Source: Phoronis australis (lineage: Eukaryota; Animalia; Phoronida). From it: 64,000 bases of DNA. Every line of letters begins with the position of its first letter. The stretch's first letter is position 1. The notes beneath the pieces were generated by a model that worked only from the letters and a program-made list of their open reading frames with translations, was not told the DNA's origin and searched no databases. Positions 1-13,639 of the stretch are shown in pieces. A program made the position numbers and the translations under genes. The stretch is taken from the NCBI GenBank assembly GCA_002633005.1, contig NMRA01000697.1, positions 124,001 through 188,000 of the forward strand, written 5' to 3'.

Positions 1-229
1 TGTAATGATGCCCAGCACTTGCACACGTGCCCCGCCTATAATGCTGAGTGTGAAAAGCTCTTTTGTATCCTCCAATCCAGTGATCCGATCTGGTTGCATT
101 TTGACATCGTTGGTAATTGGAAGGAACGACATCACATTTTATTATATTGTTACCACAATTAGGATTATAACTGTAATGTTTTATAACTACAAAACCTTAA
201 ATAGGACTAGAACGCGAAAAACAGACTAA

Positions 230-700
230 ACTGCATAATTCAAAATGCTTCTCTGCCATTGAAACAGAATTCGTCCTACTCACCAAATATTTTTTTTGTT
301 TTTTTCGTAAAAAAATTGAATTTCTATTGATGTCAAAGCACGTTTCTTTTAGTTTCAAATTGCTAAAGTACGATATGTCAACAAACTGCTTGTCAGTTCA
401 TTGGTTTTTCTCCCACAAAGCAAAACACGTCTTCATATTTGGTACGGTGTCACGACATAGACGTGTTACAGGGACTTGTTATCGATGACATATGGCGTCA
501 CAGTGATGCGTGATTTGTTACAGACTCGTTCGACAGCGTCTTTCTCTCAACAGCTTGAGTAGTGTTCTTGAAGCTCGTGGAATATCGCGAGACCCCCGTT
601 TTGCTAGAAATGTTAATATGTTATGACAAAAATTTGGTTGGTTCCTCGTGCAGCATTGGATTTTGCAGGTTTTCGTCCACACGGTGTTGAGCAAATCAAC
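230..700 (-). mobile_element. Decayed non-coding part of a mariner-like element (related to 45880-46390 and 58180-59090)
   Basis: Shares blocks such as ttgaatttct-ttgatgtcaaagca...tttagtttc and tatttggta with 58750-58890; boundaries approximate. Confidence 0.4.
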
Positions 701-730
701 AACATTGGTATTTGACAAGTGTCATTTCAG

Positions 731-967
731 ACGGCCGTGAATGTAAGTTCATCACGTCCGGCGAGTATTACAATGGAACCATGTCAGTAACAGTGTCGGG
801 AAGGACGTGTCAGAGATGGGATTCACAGACTCCTCACAACCATGGAGTGGGTAATGCAGACGCACATGAAAACTACTGCAGGAACCCAGACAAGGCAAGG
901 TCGCCATGGTGTTACACAACTGATCCTTCAGTGAGATGGGAGTTTTGTCCAGTACCATTCTGTTCCG
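731..967 (+). CDS. Gene 1, kringle exon (type A)
   Basis: tttcag acceptor ends 730, G|gtaagt donor at 968; 237 nt, phase 1-1; [36 protein letters not shown]...NYCRNPD...[21 protein letters not shown] has all 6 kringle Cys. Confidence 0.95.
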
Positions 968-1154
968 GTAAGTGAATAATAACAAACGTTAAGGTTATCT
1001 CAAACCTTATTATTATCAGACATTATAAAAACATGCTTTATATTGATGTGACTTAATCAGTATTGCACCTTTTTGAATCAAAATGTCATCAAATCCAAAC
1101 AGCGCTCAATTTGAGAACGCTAAAAACACTTAAACATGCTTTTGAAACAGACCA

Positions 1155-1402
1155 GGGGCCGTTCCAAGAAAATGACTTAAGTTCACTTTTGACTTAAGTT
1201 TAAGATTCGTCTTAACTTCCGAACTTTGAGACTTCCGCATTCGGTAAGTTAGTCAAAATTAAGACAAAACTTACGCCAAACACTTAAGTCAAACTTAAGA
1301 TCTCTTTCTTGAATTGGTTTTGAGACAAACTTACCTTTTATTTTAAAATTTACTAAACTTTAAGATTTGTCTTAGCTAAGTCAGTTTTGTTGGAACGGGA
1401 CA
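1155..1402. mobile_element. MITE, possibly Harbinger-type, with internal TTAAG repeats
   Basis: Left ggccgttccaagaaaatgactta is inverted relative to right taagtcagttttgttggaacggga; many internal cttaag motifs. Confidence 0.65.
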
Positions 1403-2414
1403 CTGCTTCTCAGCCACAGTACTTAAAAACAAGACTCATTCATTTATCAAAATAAGCCCTTGGTAGATTTTAATGAAATCTTTTTCAAATGTAAATTTAG
1501 CAATTTACCTCAAAAACATTGTTAGGAATTTTCAATTACTCATTTAGTGTTGTGTCTAAGCCAAATTAAGTTACAAAGCGTCAGGTATTTTTGTCAAAAC
1601 ATTACACATATCTTACATTGAAAAGGAAAATCCTAAAAGTGTTTCTGACATTAATGAATAAATAATTAAATATTTGCTGGAAAGTTTCAGTGAAATTCAC
1701 CCAGTCGTTTTCGAGAACTCGAGTTCCGAGAAAAAACGGACGTTGCGAGTCTTCAAAATCTGACGGTTATCGTTAAATTGTTCGGCGAAAACTTGTTTTC
1801 GGTCAATATAACTTACATATGCTTTGATCATGTTCGTTATTTCAACAGTCATCGAATTTGTAGTGCATAATCAATATAACTATCACTAAAGCCTTTCACT
1901 TTATTGAGTTGGATCAAGCCCGAGTCAACCGTTTACTGTTCATTGTTACTCACAACACGCGCCGGGAGACGCGAAATGAATGGCACCAATCGCGTCGGTG
2001 ATCACGAGATCGAAACAGCAAAATTTCAAATTACCGATCAAATTAATGAGTTTGGTGAAAATAACTTGCTGTGATCGTGAACACAAAGTCACGGAGGTCA
2101 GACTCGGTGCATTTGTTTACACTGAATGATCCATGCATGCAGAGAACAACACCCTCAGGATCCAAACTACGTTTTGTCTTCGTTTTTCCCGGCGTCTTTG
2201 TGTCCTATGTACAGTTCGCCGACTCAATATCAAGGCGACTCGGTGAATAAAAGTACTGAGGGTACATGTTTTTTAATTTGTGGCCTCAAAACACTAAAAT
2301 TAAATTGGCCCCCTAAAGTGGCCATACAAGTGGTTTTCTAGGCCTCCTGTAGAGTACGGCCCATGGCCTACATATGAAACTGCTCTGTGCCTAGCGGGAG
2401 ACTCGATTTGAGTG

Positions 2415-3434
2415 ACAAGCCTGTAACCTTTAACCTCGGATAAGTAGTAAACAAATTTCCACGCGGTTGTGCGTTTCCAAGATAATTCTGCTAAATCTTT
2501 TATTCTCCCTATACGCTATACATTCCATATTTGAAGTTCCTCGACAAAAAAGGAAAGGATTTTTAATAAAAATGTGAAATATTGTAAAAATAGCCATTTT
2601 TGTGAATAAGGTTTGAGATATCCCTAACCAACAAATACGAAAGAATCCTTGCTTATTCAGATGTAATAAGGTTGAGATATCCCTAACCAACAAATACGAA
2701 AGAATACTTGCTTATTCAGATGCAAATGCTCAAGTAAATTTGTGAAACAAAAAGATATTTGAATTGGACGCACACGCACGTGTGTCTTTTGTACATTACA
2801 AAAGCACAACCAGTTCTTTCGTACATTCAATTATTAGCGTTCGTATCTGGCGTAATAGCCACCATTATATAGAAACATAGATTTTTGTACATATGTTCAC
2901 CAACCATATGGAGAACGTTTTCANACAAGCCTGTAACCTTTAACCTCGGATAAGTAGTAAACAAATTTCCACGCGGTTGTGCGTTTCCAAGATAATTCTG
3001 CTAAATCTTTTATTCTCCCTATACGCTATACATTCCATATTTGAAGTTCCTCGACAAAAAAGGAAAGGATTTTTAATAAAAATGTGAAATATTGTAAAAA
3101 TAGCCATTTTTGTGAATAAGGTTTGAGATATCCCTAACCAACAAATACGAAAGAATCCTTGCTTATTCAGATGCAATAAGGTTTGAGATATCCCTAACCA
3201 ACAAATACGAAAGAATACTTGCTTATTCAGATGCAAATGCTCAAGAAAATTTGTGAAACAAAATGATATTTGAATTGGACGCACACGCACGTGTGTCTTT
3301 TGTACATTACAAAAGCACAACCAGTTCTTTCGTACATTCAATTATTAGCGTTCGTATCTGGCGTCATAGCCACCATTATATAGAAACATAGATTTTTGTA
3401 CATATGTTCACCAACCACATGGAGAACGTTTTCA
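2415..3434. repeat. Near-identical ~510-bp direct duplication separated by one N (probable assembly/haplotype artefact)
   Basis: 2415-2923 and 2925-3434 differ at a handful of bases; n at 2924; each copy has an internal ~60-bp tandem dimer. Confidence 0.85.
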
Positions 3435-3771
3435 CAGCTTTCTTCAAATGATAGTTTTTCATATAGCCACTGGGCTCCTATCGACAGCACTGTAAGTGTC
3501 TTTGGATTGAGGGATGCGTCGTTATGGTTGAACACAGCTGGGGGGNGGGGGGGGGTAATTAAGTAAATGCCACTTCCAATTATCTCGTTCAATTTGCTAG
3601 ATACTAAATTGATCAGAACAGGTTTTTTAGTTTCAGCCTTTCAAAATCGTTGAAAGCATATTTTTCTCCAAAATACTAAGTCAAATGTCAGTGGAGCGTT
3701 TAAAGCAATGAACTCATCAAGACGGCTTTTCAGTCGATCAGCTTCTAGGGCTCTCTCTGTGACGTTTGTAG

Positions 3772-4008
3772 ACCGTCATGATTGCAAAGAAGATTCTCTC
3801 GGACTTACTTATAATGGAACAGTTAATGTAACCATTCCTGGCATACCTTGTCAAAGGTGGAATACGCATCACCCGCACACCCAGGTTACTTTTAACGGAC
3901 TTCACGAAAACTTCTGCCGAAATGTGGGGACTGGAAACAAAGCTCCTTGGTGCTACACTACTGATCCCGCCCTGAGATGGCATTACTGCAAGGTTGCATT
4001 ATGTTCAG
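3772..4008 (+). CDS. Gene 1, kringle exon (type B)
   Basis: tttgtag acceptor ends 3771, G|gtaagc donor at 4009; 237 nt, phase 1-1; DRHDCKEDSLGLTYNGTVNVTIPGIPCQRW...NFCRNVG...[21 protein letters not shown]. Confidence 0.95.
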
Positions 4009-4189
4009 GTAAGCATAGATTTCTCTGACCACAATGTTAATCGCTTGAAAATGATTAAAAATGAAATAAAACGTGTTAACCTGTACCATAATGCACGACA
4101 CTGTAGACATTCATATTCAGGCCACTAATCAGTTGCATACGGCAACGCTTTGACTAAAAACTACACCGGTTTCGCCGGTGAGCTCAAAA

Positions 4190-4690
4190 TCAAAACAAGA
4201 CAAATCAAGTCAATTTATTTATAGTCGGTTTAAGTAAAACAAGAGAAAACATTAGCCACAGGCTAGTATACCGACAAGTAAATACACAAGTTATAAAATA
4301 AATGAATATGAAATTAAAACAAATATTTAAAATACTATATACAAGATTAACAAGATTATACTATTAGCACCATAAAAGAGATTATGCTCGAAACAAGAAA
4401 TCACAGGCTGTGCACTTGCAGGGAGGTTCAGTCCATGTGTTTGCATATTGCACAAATGTCTTTAGATGTAAGTTCGATCTAACCTTCTTTGGTAAACAGT
4501 TCCAAAAATTAGAGCCATAGGCTCTGTAAGATCGCAGACCATAACGAGTGGTTCTGCAATGTGGAATGTTTGTCCTGTTGGATGATCTCAAGTTATATGG
4601 GGTCCTGCGAATTTTGAGAAGGTTCCACAGAAATGGGGGTGACAAGTGATTCAAAATTTTAAAACCTTCTTTTAGAATCATTCTCTGTCT
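4190..4690 (-). mobile_element. 3' fragment of a CR1/L2-type LINE
   Basis: Minus ORF FKILNHLSPPFL...TPYNLRSS...RTTRYGLRSYRAYGSNFWNCLP is typical of a CR1/L2 ORF2 C-terminus; AATAAA and short-repeat tail near 4190-4222. Confidence 0.75.
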
Positions 4691-4947
4691 ACCAAGCTCA
4701 AGAGCAGCCAGAGGGGATATAACAAAAGCACTAACTTTCTCGGTGTTCGAACAAAGTGTTGACTCTTGAAGGTGAGGTGCTTCGGAACTGCGGTGCATTT
4801 GCACCTATAATGAGCAACTCTGCACGTGGATTTTGGTCGAAAAATGATCTTTAATATTACTGAAGCTAAAACTGGTTGTCGGGTGGATTTATTTTGGGTT
4901 GTATGATACAAGATTTCAACCTTTTTACACCAGTTTTCATGTTACAG

Positions 4948-5267
4948 AGATGACGAAATCCTCTCAGCCGAAAGTGACAAGCAGAAGGGCACCGCCATTT
5001 GCAATGACAGATTGCACTGCTCTTCAACCAAGACTCACCGAAGACAATGAATGTTTGAACTCTTGGCACGTTAAAACGTACGCTCTAACTATCTATAATA
5101 ACTTCGTGGTTGTTAAAAGCTTTTCAGGGAACGTTCGAATGATTGACTTTAACACTGCCCGTCACACGGTCGCCTGTTTGCTCCATTGTAAAGCAAGTGA
5201 TATGTGCGAAGTTGTCACTTACTCAGAATGTACCAAAATGTGTATTACGTTTGTTTACATTGAATAA
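4948..5267 (+). CDS. Gene 1 terminal exon: Ser/Thr/Pro linker plus PAN/apple-like Cys module
   Basis: ttttcatgttacag acceptor in phase 1, matching the kringle donor; ends CLLHCKASDMCEVVTYSECTKMCITFVYIE* (C-x3-C-x5-C...C); paralogous to 40440-40714. Confidence 0.8.
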
Positions 5268-7103
5268 ATCTGAACAGTGCTCAGTGCTATCTTATTTAAC
5301 TAACAACACAACAAAATTTATGTCTAACTTAGAATGCGGGATTAATGTTTCTCAAACCGCAGTAAATTTTCAACTTAAACCAAAGGCGCTTGAATCTAAC
5401 TGATCATCACCTCAACCAGCAAGTAATATTATATTGGATTTAGGTATTTAGGTGTGAGGTCACAACAGTATTTGTAATAATAATAACGATGATGGTGGCG
5501 GTGACGGTGATGGTGACTGTAAGATGATGATAATGATGGAGCCAGGTAACGCTGGTTAGGTCTCGAGCATTAACGCGACTCTTTCACAGTTTAGACGTAA
5601 ACCAGAGACATTTATAATTACGCAACCTATTTTAGGTAGGAAAATGCATCTTAAGGGTTATTTGGGTGGGGTTGACTTCTTTTTGTAGAATCCATTCAGT
5701 CATGACGTCGTTCTGTCGAGATTTCATTGTGAATTACCGATTCCTTACGAAGCCTTTCAGTGAAAGCTGGACGGCAACCTCGTCAACTATTGGGGTGCTC
5801 GATAGGAACTCAAAAGAGCCGAAGAGCCGAAGCACACGGGGGGACTGCTCTGTGAGTTGAACATTTCGAGAAATGCCGACGAATCTCGTTCGTGATAGAT
5901 AGCCGGATCTGATTGCATTCGTCTCACTCATTCGATTGATTTTAAGCTTAAACCTAAGATTCGGTTTACAATCGCTCGCGGTCAGCAAATCAGCGTCATA
6001 ATCATACGTAAATTGTATTTTAAAATCCGCTTTAAAATCCCTATTGCCTGATAATTATGACTCTTAACCTGTGTAGTCTGTGTGAGGTGTAAATACTACT
6101 ACAGTAATATGCTGTTGAACACCATGCTTGATACATGCCGAGCAATGTGCGCTTGAGAGTAAGGCTGTACCTTGAGGTCACGTGGTTAAACAGCCAGGGA
6201 GTGAAGGGTCTCTAGACTCGCAGAGTTTTGCTAAAACATAGAAAATGAGAAAGATTTTTACACAAATAAAGCGATGTATTCTTGATGAAAAAGCTCTTAA
6301 CATTTAATGAAATTTTGTCTAAGATAAGGTTGTTCAATTCTTTCCTACTTTGCACATTTTGTTCATGCTTTAGTGTCAACACTGATTTAAAAAATTGGTC
6401 TCAATTTATTAGGGAAAATATATTTTAATACCTGACAAAAACTAACAATACATGCCTATGTTGTCTAAATATAAAAATTCAGCTGCGCAAACGGGGGGAG
6501 GAGTGTAGTGAATTGTAGTCAGTGAGCTGAATGTCGGCGATGGGAAAATATTGCAGTGTTAGGAGCATGATGCAGTATTTTTCACTCTGTCACATGAATG
6601 TCACTCATTCAAGGCCCGGGTAGCTAATTTATGTGCTCGGCGGAGCACAGATGTCCGCGCACGGCAGGCCAGGCGGTCCGGCTCCGCCGGGTAGCAGCTT
6701 ATGCGAATGTTTCTGTCTGAGTGGGAATTATTCCTTTTACTTTAAACTTATTAATACTTATATTATAACATTTGGTACCACAGCAAGTTTTATGACTGAA
6801 ATTTATTTTGCCACCAAATGGCATTGTGTCGTTCTTTGTTGACAGTCAGCCGCCGGCCGTAACGGAAGTCGCGGCAGACCACCGCCGGTATCTTAGTTTC
6901 CATCTAAATTCATTCTCTATATTTTATTCAATTATTTCAATATTACACGTTCGTTGTTCTGTTTATACTGTTTGTTTACCAGTGTTAATTTCAACCAGTA
7001 AAACACGCTTAGCCTAGCCCGCCATAGTCGGGCCTTGTTATTCAATAGTTGGCACAAGATTGTGACTAGTCCGTAATTTTATGCAAGTGTCTGAAACTAT
7101 CTT

Positions 7104-7106
<3 letters not shown>

Positions 7107-7153
<47 letters not shown>

Positions 7154-7172
7154 NNNNNNNNNNNNNNNNNNN

Positions 7173-7210
<38 letters not shown>

Positions 7211-7504
7211 NNNNNNNNNNNNNNNNNNNNNNNNNNNNNNNNNNNNNNNNNNNNNNNNNNNNNNNNNNNNNNNNNNNNNNNNNNNNNNNNNNNNNNNNNN
7301 NNNNNNNNNNNNNNNNNNNNNNNNNNNNNNNNNNNNNNNNNNNNNNNNNNNNNNNNNNNNNNNNNNNNNNNNNNNNNNNNNNNNNNNNNNNNNNNNNNNN
7401 NNNNNNNNNNNNNNNNNNNNNNNNNNNNNNNNNNNNNNNNNNNNNNNNNNNNNNNNNNNNNNNNNNNNNNNNNNNNNNNNNNNNNNNNNNNNNNNNNNNN
7501 NNNN
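7107..7504. repeat. (TA)n microsatellite and assembly gap
   Basis: TA dinucleotide runs interleaved with N blocks. Confidence 0.98.
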
Positions 7505-7989
7505 AAACTCTTCAAATATGACATAAGCAATGAATGTGCAAAGCAGCCGATACCCCGCCGTTCACGTCACTGACACATCAGCCAATCAGCGATCGCTTTC
7601 AGAATTCAGTGTTTTGACCATGAATACGAATTGGCTTTTGTTTGGCGCGCAAGTCAGGCAAATGTAAGTTTTATTTGTATGTTAGAACCGATTAACTACA
7701 ACATTATTTTGACTACAGTCCCCTTTTAATCCTATAAAACAGCCGGAGACGGCATACCTTTGCCCTTCGCCAGTGCAGTAGTCCTGATTGGTCCGCACCG
7801 GGTCAGTCGGCTGCAGGTCCGACTCCGGCAAAATAATTTTTGTCAAAATTTATTGTGACACATTTGGTCACCAATTTCAGTACAGATTGTCCCTATTTTG
7901 TTTTTTTAAGGTTAAGGTCTGCTGTCGATTATTTTATCCCCGTTTGCAGACTGGTATGCTCCAGTCACACAGCCGACGTTCTGAACCTG

Positions 7990-9420
7990 AATTCCTGAAT
8001 GAATTGATTAAGACTCAGAAGATGGGGGCGGTAAGAGACACAGAAGTTTTAAACCCTGGTAGAACGAGGTCTTATCAAGCAAGTACGAAACAGTAAGGAA
8101 GTCAGAGAGGGTCTGAATGAGGTAAAGGGGGAAGGATAAGGCTTTTGTTCGTACACTAAGACTTGAGTTTCAAAGAGAAAAAATGTTTTATGTTGACGGT
8201 CCAGTTTTACAAACGTAAGCGATGGGTTAAAGAGCGCTTGTTAAGTCTAGTAAGAGCTCAACATTGACATATATGTAAAGGAGCTATATAAGGCTTTAGA
8301 TCACGTGAGGAGGGGAAAGGCTCTGGGTCTAGATAATGTCCCCAATGAGTTACAGAGTAACAAAAATATCAAGCCATGCCTTCTTACATTTTAACAAATG
8401 GTTTAAATTGGGAGTTGTACCTAATGGCTGGGAGTTAGGAATTAATTAACCCCATTGAGGAAGGGGATGAAAGTACACCAGAAAAAACACGTTTCAGGGG
8501 AATAACACTGCTGAGTCATGTTTGTAAAGTTTACAGCTACATTTTGAGCAACAGGTTAGGCACATGGTTAGAGGAAAACAAATCATTTCGGAGGTGCAGA
8601 ACGGTTTCAGACAGTCACGTAATTGTTTCGATCACATTCATTTTTTTCTCTGACCTCCGTAATTGAAAACAAAATACAAACAAGGCAGTCACTGTTTGTG
8701 TCTTTCGTTGACTTAAAGAAGGCGTTCGATTCATTAGACAGGAAAAGTTTTGGTTTAAGGTAGCGAGGTTAGGGGTCAGAGGGAGAACGTACTATGCGTT
8801 GAAACCTTATATAATATATCTTGCTGTGTAAGGGTTCAAGGTTGTTTTTTGTCTGACTCCTAAGCTTAATGTTAGAGGGGTCAAACAGGATTAACTTTTG
8901 TCACCAATCTATTTAGTATTTTGTCAATGACTTGGCGGATGAAAGGAAGAGGCCACACTGTGGTATTATGGTAAATAACGGTAGAGTTCACACCTTTATG
9001 TATACGGATGACATTGCTTTGATAGCCAATAATGTGAGTGAAAAGCTTGCCGAGAAAAAATTTGAGTAGCACTGCGAATTGCCATTGACTTGTTAAAAGT
9101 TAGTTACAAAGTGTTAGAGGTTATCTCAGGGAGAATCATATGAGTGGATTATTGAATATAGGAACACTAGCAAACTGGACGCAGTATAAGCTCATGATAT
9201 ATGAATAAATTGCTGTGGTTGAGCAAAATTAGAAATGGCCACGGTATATGATCGGAGTCAGGAAACAAACGTAGGCTACACAGAAATTTCAAAACAAATC
9301 TGAGTGTTGAAACATATATATGTTCTAACCCAAGCCGCAAGGACCGAAGCGTTGTGGCTGCTTTCAGGTCAGGTACTGCCCCCATTGGGGTTGTGGCCTG
9401 AGGTATGAAGATACAGGGAG
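7990..9420 (+). mobile_element. Heavily decayed RTE-X-like LINE ORF2
   Basis: Frameshifted RT motifs (RGITLLSHVCKVY, QNGFRQSR, FVDLKKAFDS, LYTDDIAL); similar to the element at 30913-35280. Confidence 0.75.
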
Positions 9421-9629
9421 AAAAACTTTTCTTCATCACTGAAAGTTGTAAAATTGAAGTTCAATCGATTTAACAAATCTAAACTAAGGTCAAGATAAGC
9501 TGGGCACTGCATTAAAACATGAATGTCGTCTTCAACTACGTCACACTGGCACTGGTTATCTAAAAACGTGAGATATTTGCGATTGATTGCCAGGACTTGC
9601 CATTTAATTTTACAAAAAACGGGAAATAA

Positions 9630-10478
9630 GAAAAGTAATGTTCATATCAATAGCTTTTACAGTAGTGATTTTATAGTGGTCTCTAACGTGTCTGGAAAGA
9701 AACTGATTCTGTTTTTTGCCTTGTGCACGTACTTTTGAAAGGAGTCATAAATAAAGTGAATCTTATCTTATCTAAGGCTATGCCACGTGGGAAATTACAA
9801 TAGTATATTTTTATTGGTATACAGAACAAATATACAAAGACATATAAGACAAAAAATCAAGCCATTCTCACTCTTAACACACACACGCACCCTCCCCCCT
9901 CAACATACCCACCCACTTTTAGTGGGATGTTGTCAGGCAAAAGTTATGGTTAACCAGATTCTCCAGGTTGCATGGTACTCATCTAAATTACCATTATTTA
10001 ATAAAATTCGTCTTTGTATATAAAATTCTCTTTCCAATATCATAAGGAAATGACCGANGAAAAGTAATGTTCATATCAATAGCTTTTACAGTAGTGATTT
10101 TATAGTGGTCTCTAACGTGTCTGGAAAGAAACTGATTCTGTTTTTTGCCTTGTGCACGTACTTTTGAAAGGAGTCATAAATAAAGTGAATCTTATCTTAT
10201 CTAAGGCTATGCCACGTGGGAAATTACAATAGTATATTTTTATTGGTATACAGAACAAATATACAAAGACATATAAGACAAAAAATCAAGCCATTCTCAC
10301 TCTTAACACACACACGCACCCTCCCCCCTCAACATACCCACCCACTTTTAGTGGGATGTTGTCAGGCAAAAGTTATGGTTAACCAGATTCTCCAGGTTGC
10401 ATGGTACTCATCTAAATTACCATTATTTAATAAAATTCGTCTTTGAATATAAAATTCTCTTTCCAATATCATGACCGA
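9630..10478. repeat. Near-identical ~425-bp direct duplication separated by one N (probable artefact)
   Basis: 9630-10057 repeated at 10059-10478; n at 10058. Confidence 0.85.
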
Positions 10479-12115
10479 AACTGGGGATTATTTTTTACAC
10501 CTAGATACGTAAATAAAATGGTTTAAATGCAAAAGTATACAATTTAAAACTTTATTTTCATTACTTATGGGCATGCCAAAAGTCATTGTTTTTGTTAATA
10601 ACCATATTTATACCTTTTACCAACAACACCCAACTGCGTAATTCTCCTATCAGTATTTTTATATTATTGCATTAGAAAAAGATGTGATCTGCTGTTTCAC
10701 TTTGTGAATGACAGGAAGTACATACATCAGAGTCCACCAAGTTAATGTTTTTAAGAAAAAGAGTTCGTTACAAGTATTCTATGCAATAGTTTAAACTGCA
10801 GTGTACATAACTTGAAATCAGAAGTTGTTTTAAAAGACAATGAATATAATTTTTTCCAGTCATCACTTCGAAAGCTATAACCTTCTTCTTTAAATCTTTT
10901 TGAGCAATGGGCAAAATTTTGTTCTGGCAAACAATTTCATATACCATTTAACATATTGACGTGCAGTTTAAAAATATGGATATTAAAAGGTATTATTGGT
11001 CCATATGTCTTAATTAACTGCATTTGTAAGAGTGTTCTCCTCAGAAACGACCTAATAGACTAAATCAGAGAGCAATATTCCAAAAAGTGTGTAGATATAT
11101 TCGAGATCCTTTAAAATACAGTAAATGAGTAAAACATGATATTTTCATCAAGTAAGTCATTAATAAAAATAACACCACCACTTGCATACTTGCTAAAGAA
11201 GATCGATTTTCTATCTATTAGTATTTCATCATTATGCCATAAATTGTTGAGAGTAAATCATTCGCATCTTTATGGGGCTGTGTACTTATGAAAAAAGACC
11301 TGTACCTTAGAACTTCGTTCCAAAAAGGATTGATTACTTCAGTATGACATTTAATAAAATCATTTCCAAAATTCATAATGTTTGACTTCGCAATCCCTGT
11401 TTCAAGTTCAAGTAATATCACCCATGTTGATTCAGAGGTAAGTTGTTTCTTTATCCATGAAATTTTTATAGCCATGTTAAAAAGAATTATATTCAGCATT
11501 TTCTCTCCCCCTTCCTCATAAGTTTTAATTGATACATCTGTCTTCACTCTCTCAACTTTGTTATTCCAAATAAACTTAAAAATGCCTGCGTTCAATTCAT
11601 TCATAATTATGTCTGATGGAGTAGGTAGGGCTGTCATTATGTGAATAATTTTTGGCACCATCAAGGTCTTTACCACCCTTACTTTCCCAAAAAAGAGATT
11701 TTTCTTCTGGACCAAATTTTGACAAGATTATTGATTTCATCAATCCTCTCATTGTACAAATCCAAAAATAGTTCATCATTTATAACAAAACGAATCACAC
11801 TGTTCGAAATTTGAATTTTGTCTAAAGGTACATGTATACTGGGACGGCATTATGCTTTTTGACATTAGCTTTTGTATGTTGAACGATGTCCACATAGTCC
11901 TTGTCATTTAAAAGTGAACTGTTAAATGTCCAGAGTCCTTTACCTCTCCTAATTTCTCTAAATTTTAGGCTTGACAAGACCCTAGAATGATCTGATCTAT
12001 AACTTTGGACACAATGCATCAAAGTTTTGGAAACCAGAAAAACGTCAAGCCTAACCTGCTTAATTTGATTTTTTCTTCGCCAAGTGAATCTTCTCTTTGA
12101 AGGAAAAATACACAC
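10230..12115 (-). mobile_element. Decayed Tx1/L1-clade LINE ORF2, internally deleted
   Basis: FTWRRKN..KQVRLDVFLVS..YRSDHS..RGKGLWTFNSSLLND (endonuclease end) and KTLMVPKIIH..FKFIWNNK..EEGG (post-RT region). Confidence 0.8.
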
Positions 12116-12116
12116 A

Positions 12117-13300
12117 TTTACGATACCTAATATGTAATTGAGTATCGGATACTAAGTGGCACAGGTTAGCATAGTACCAAATGGGTACATAATACCGAAT
12201 GGCTATTGGCCAATTGCCTACCAAGTGGGTCGAGCAAAACGGCAAATTTAATAACAAGTACCAAATGGGTACAAACTGTCAAATGGGCAAATATTATTTA
12301 TAAAGTACCAAGTGGGTACACCAAACCGCCAACTGAGCTATCAAAACCTGCTAAGCAAGTTCCGGACAAGCTGAGTGAGCAGACCAGCCGGGGGGATAAA
12401 AAGATATTGTAAGGAACATGGTGTTGTGGCTCAGAATGTGCTGAGAGCTGTGACTTGGGTGGAGAAAGGCAAGATGCTGTGATGGACGCTCGAGTACAGG
12501 TCTGGTCGCTAGCCAATAACGTCTTTTCTTGCTTGACGGTAACACGCTTCGGGCTTGAAGGAGGTACCCGCAGTGACTACAATAACAACAATAATCAACA
12601 GCAGATTTTGTTCGACAAAAGCAAAGGAGGGTGGGAAATTTATAAAATTGAATTGAGATATTGTGGAACCCAGGGTAGCGAGGGTGAGAGAGGTATCAAA
12701 TTGTATAATTGGGAAAACTTACAAGTTAATGCAGTGTTGCTTGAGGCTAGACCAACAGGAAGCTGGAGAGAAAGAACAAACAGCACTACCACCGGACTAG
12801 GTATGAACTAACTAGGAGTTGGATATGAATCATGAAGGGCTGTAGAATGTTATTTGCCCAAATAATAGGATTTATTTCAAAGTGCCATAATAAGACAACA
12901 AGAATAATATATATTTTAGATTGTATTGGGAATTTCAGGGTCACAGCACTACAAATGAATATTTCACAGAAGGAACTAGATGGGTTCCTTAATTACAAGA
13001 GATAACACACACATTTAAGATACCCAATGTGTAATTGAATATCGGATACTAAGTGGCACAGGTAAGCATAGTACCAAATAGGTACATAATACCAAATGGG
13101 TATTGGCCGATTGCCTACCAAGTAGATCGAGCAAAACGGCAAATTCAATAACAAGTACCAACTGCCAAATGGGCAAATATCATATAAAGTATGAAGTGGG
13201 TACACCAAACAGCCAACTGGGCTATAACAACATGCAAAGCAGGTTCCGCACAACCTGAGTGAGCAGATGAGCCGGAGAGACGTGGTGTTGTGGCTCAGTA
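12117..13300. repeat. Two diverged copies of a ~300-bp GTACCAA-rich repeat (12117-12435, 13005-13300)
   Basis: Shared text atcggatactaagtggcacagg...gtaccaaat...gtgttgtggctcag. Confidence 0.8.
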
Positions 13301-13639
13301 TTTGCCACATGGGCAGGGTTGTTCATTGATGAACAATCCTGTCCACCGCCACAACCCGCGTGGGGAGCTGTTAGGGAAACTCTCTGCAAAAGCGCAGAAT
13401 TGCACTGAGAAAATGGAATGTTTTCTGAAAATAGAAAGATTGTACAAGCCCGTTTAGTCTAAAGAACAACGGCTGTAGCACTCTGTCTGGTTCACTTGAG
13501 TCTCATAGGCTGGTTTAGTGATACCATTTGGCAAATTTTCGAATGTTTCATCCGCATAACCATAAAGTAAGGCATCAACATTTAACTGGTAGGTAAAGGT
13601 TAATATCGAAATGAAGTACAGCATGAACAGCTCAACCAT
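13296..13639 (-). pseudogene. Candidate disrupted gene for a small secreted PAN/apple-like protein
   Basis: MVELFMLYFISILTFTYQLNVDA (signal-like), then ECYSRCSLD*; a shifted frame continues ACTIFLFSENIPFSQC, giving a PAN-like Cys pattern. Confidence 0.4.

Noticed and set aside
2415-3434. Apparent recent tandem duplication and its duplicated minus-strand ORFs
   Set aside because: Copies are almost identical and joined by a single N, typical of unmerged haplotype overlap.
4160-4195. GAG...CGAAACCGGT hammerhead-like half on the minus strand
   Set aside because: CTGA core is missing, possibly lost at the adjacent LINE tail; too little to call.
7066-7573. Long YIYI/X ORFs
   Set aside because: Produced by (TA)n and N runs.
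9630-10478. Duplicated 76-78 aa ORFs
   Set aside because: Same single-N artefact; sequence is LINE 3'-end/non-coding.
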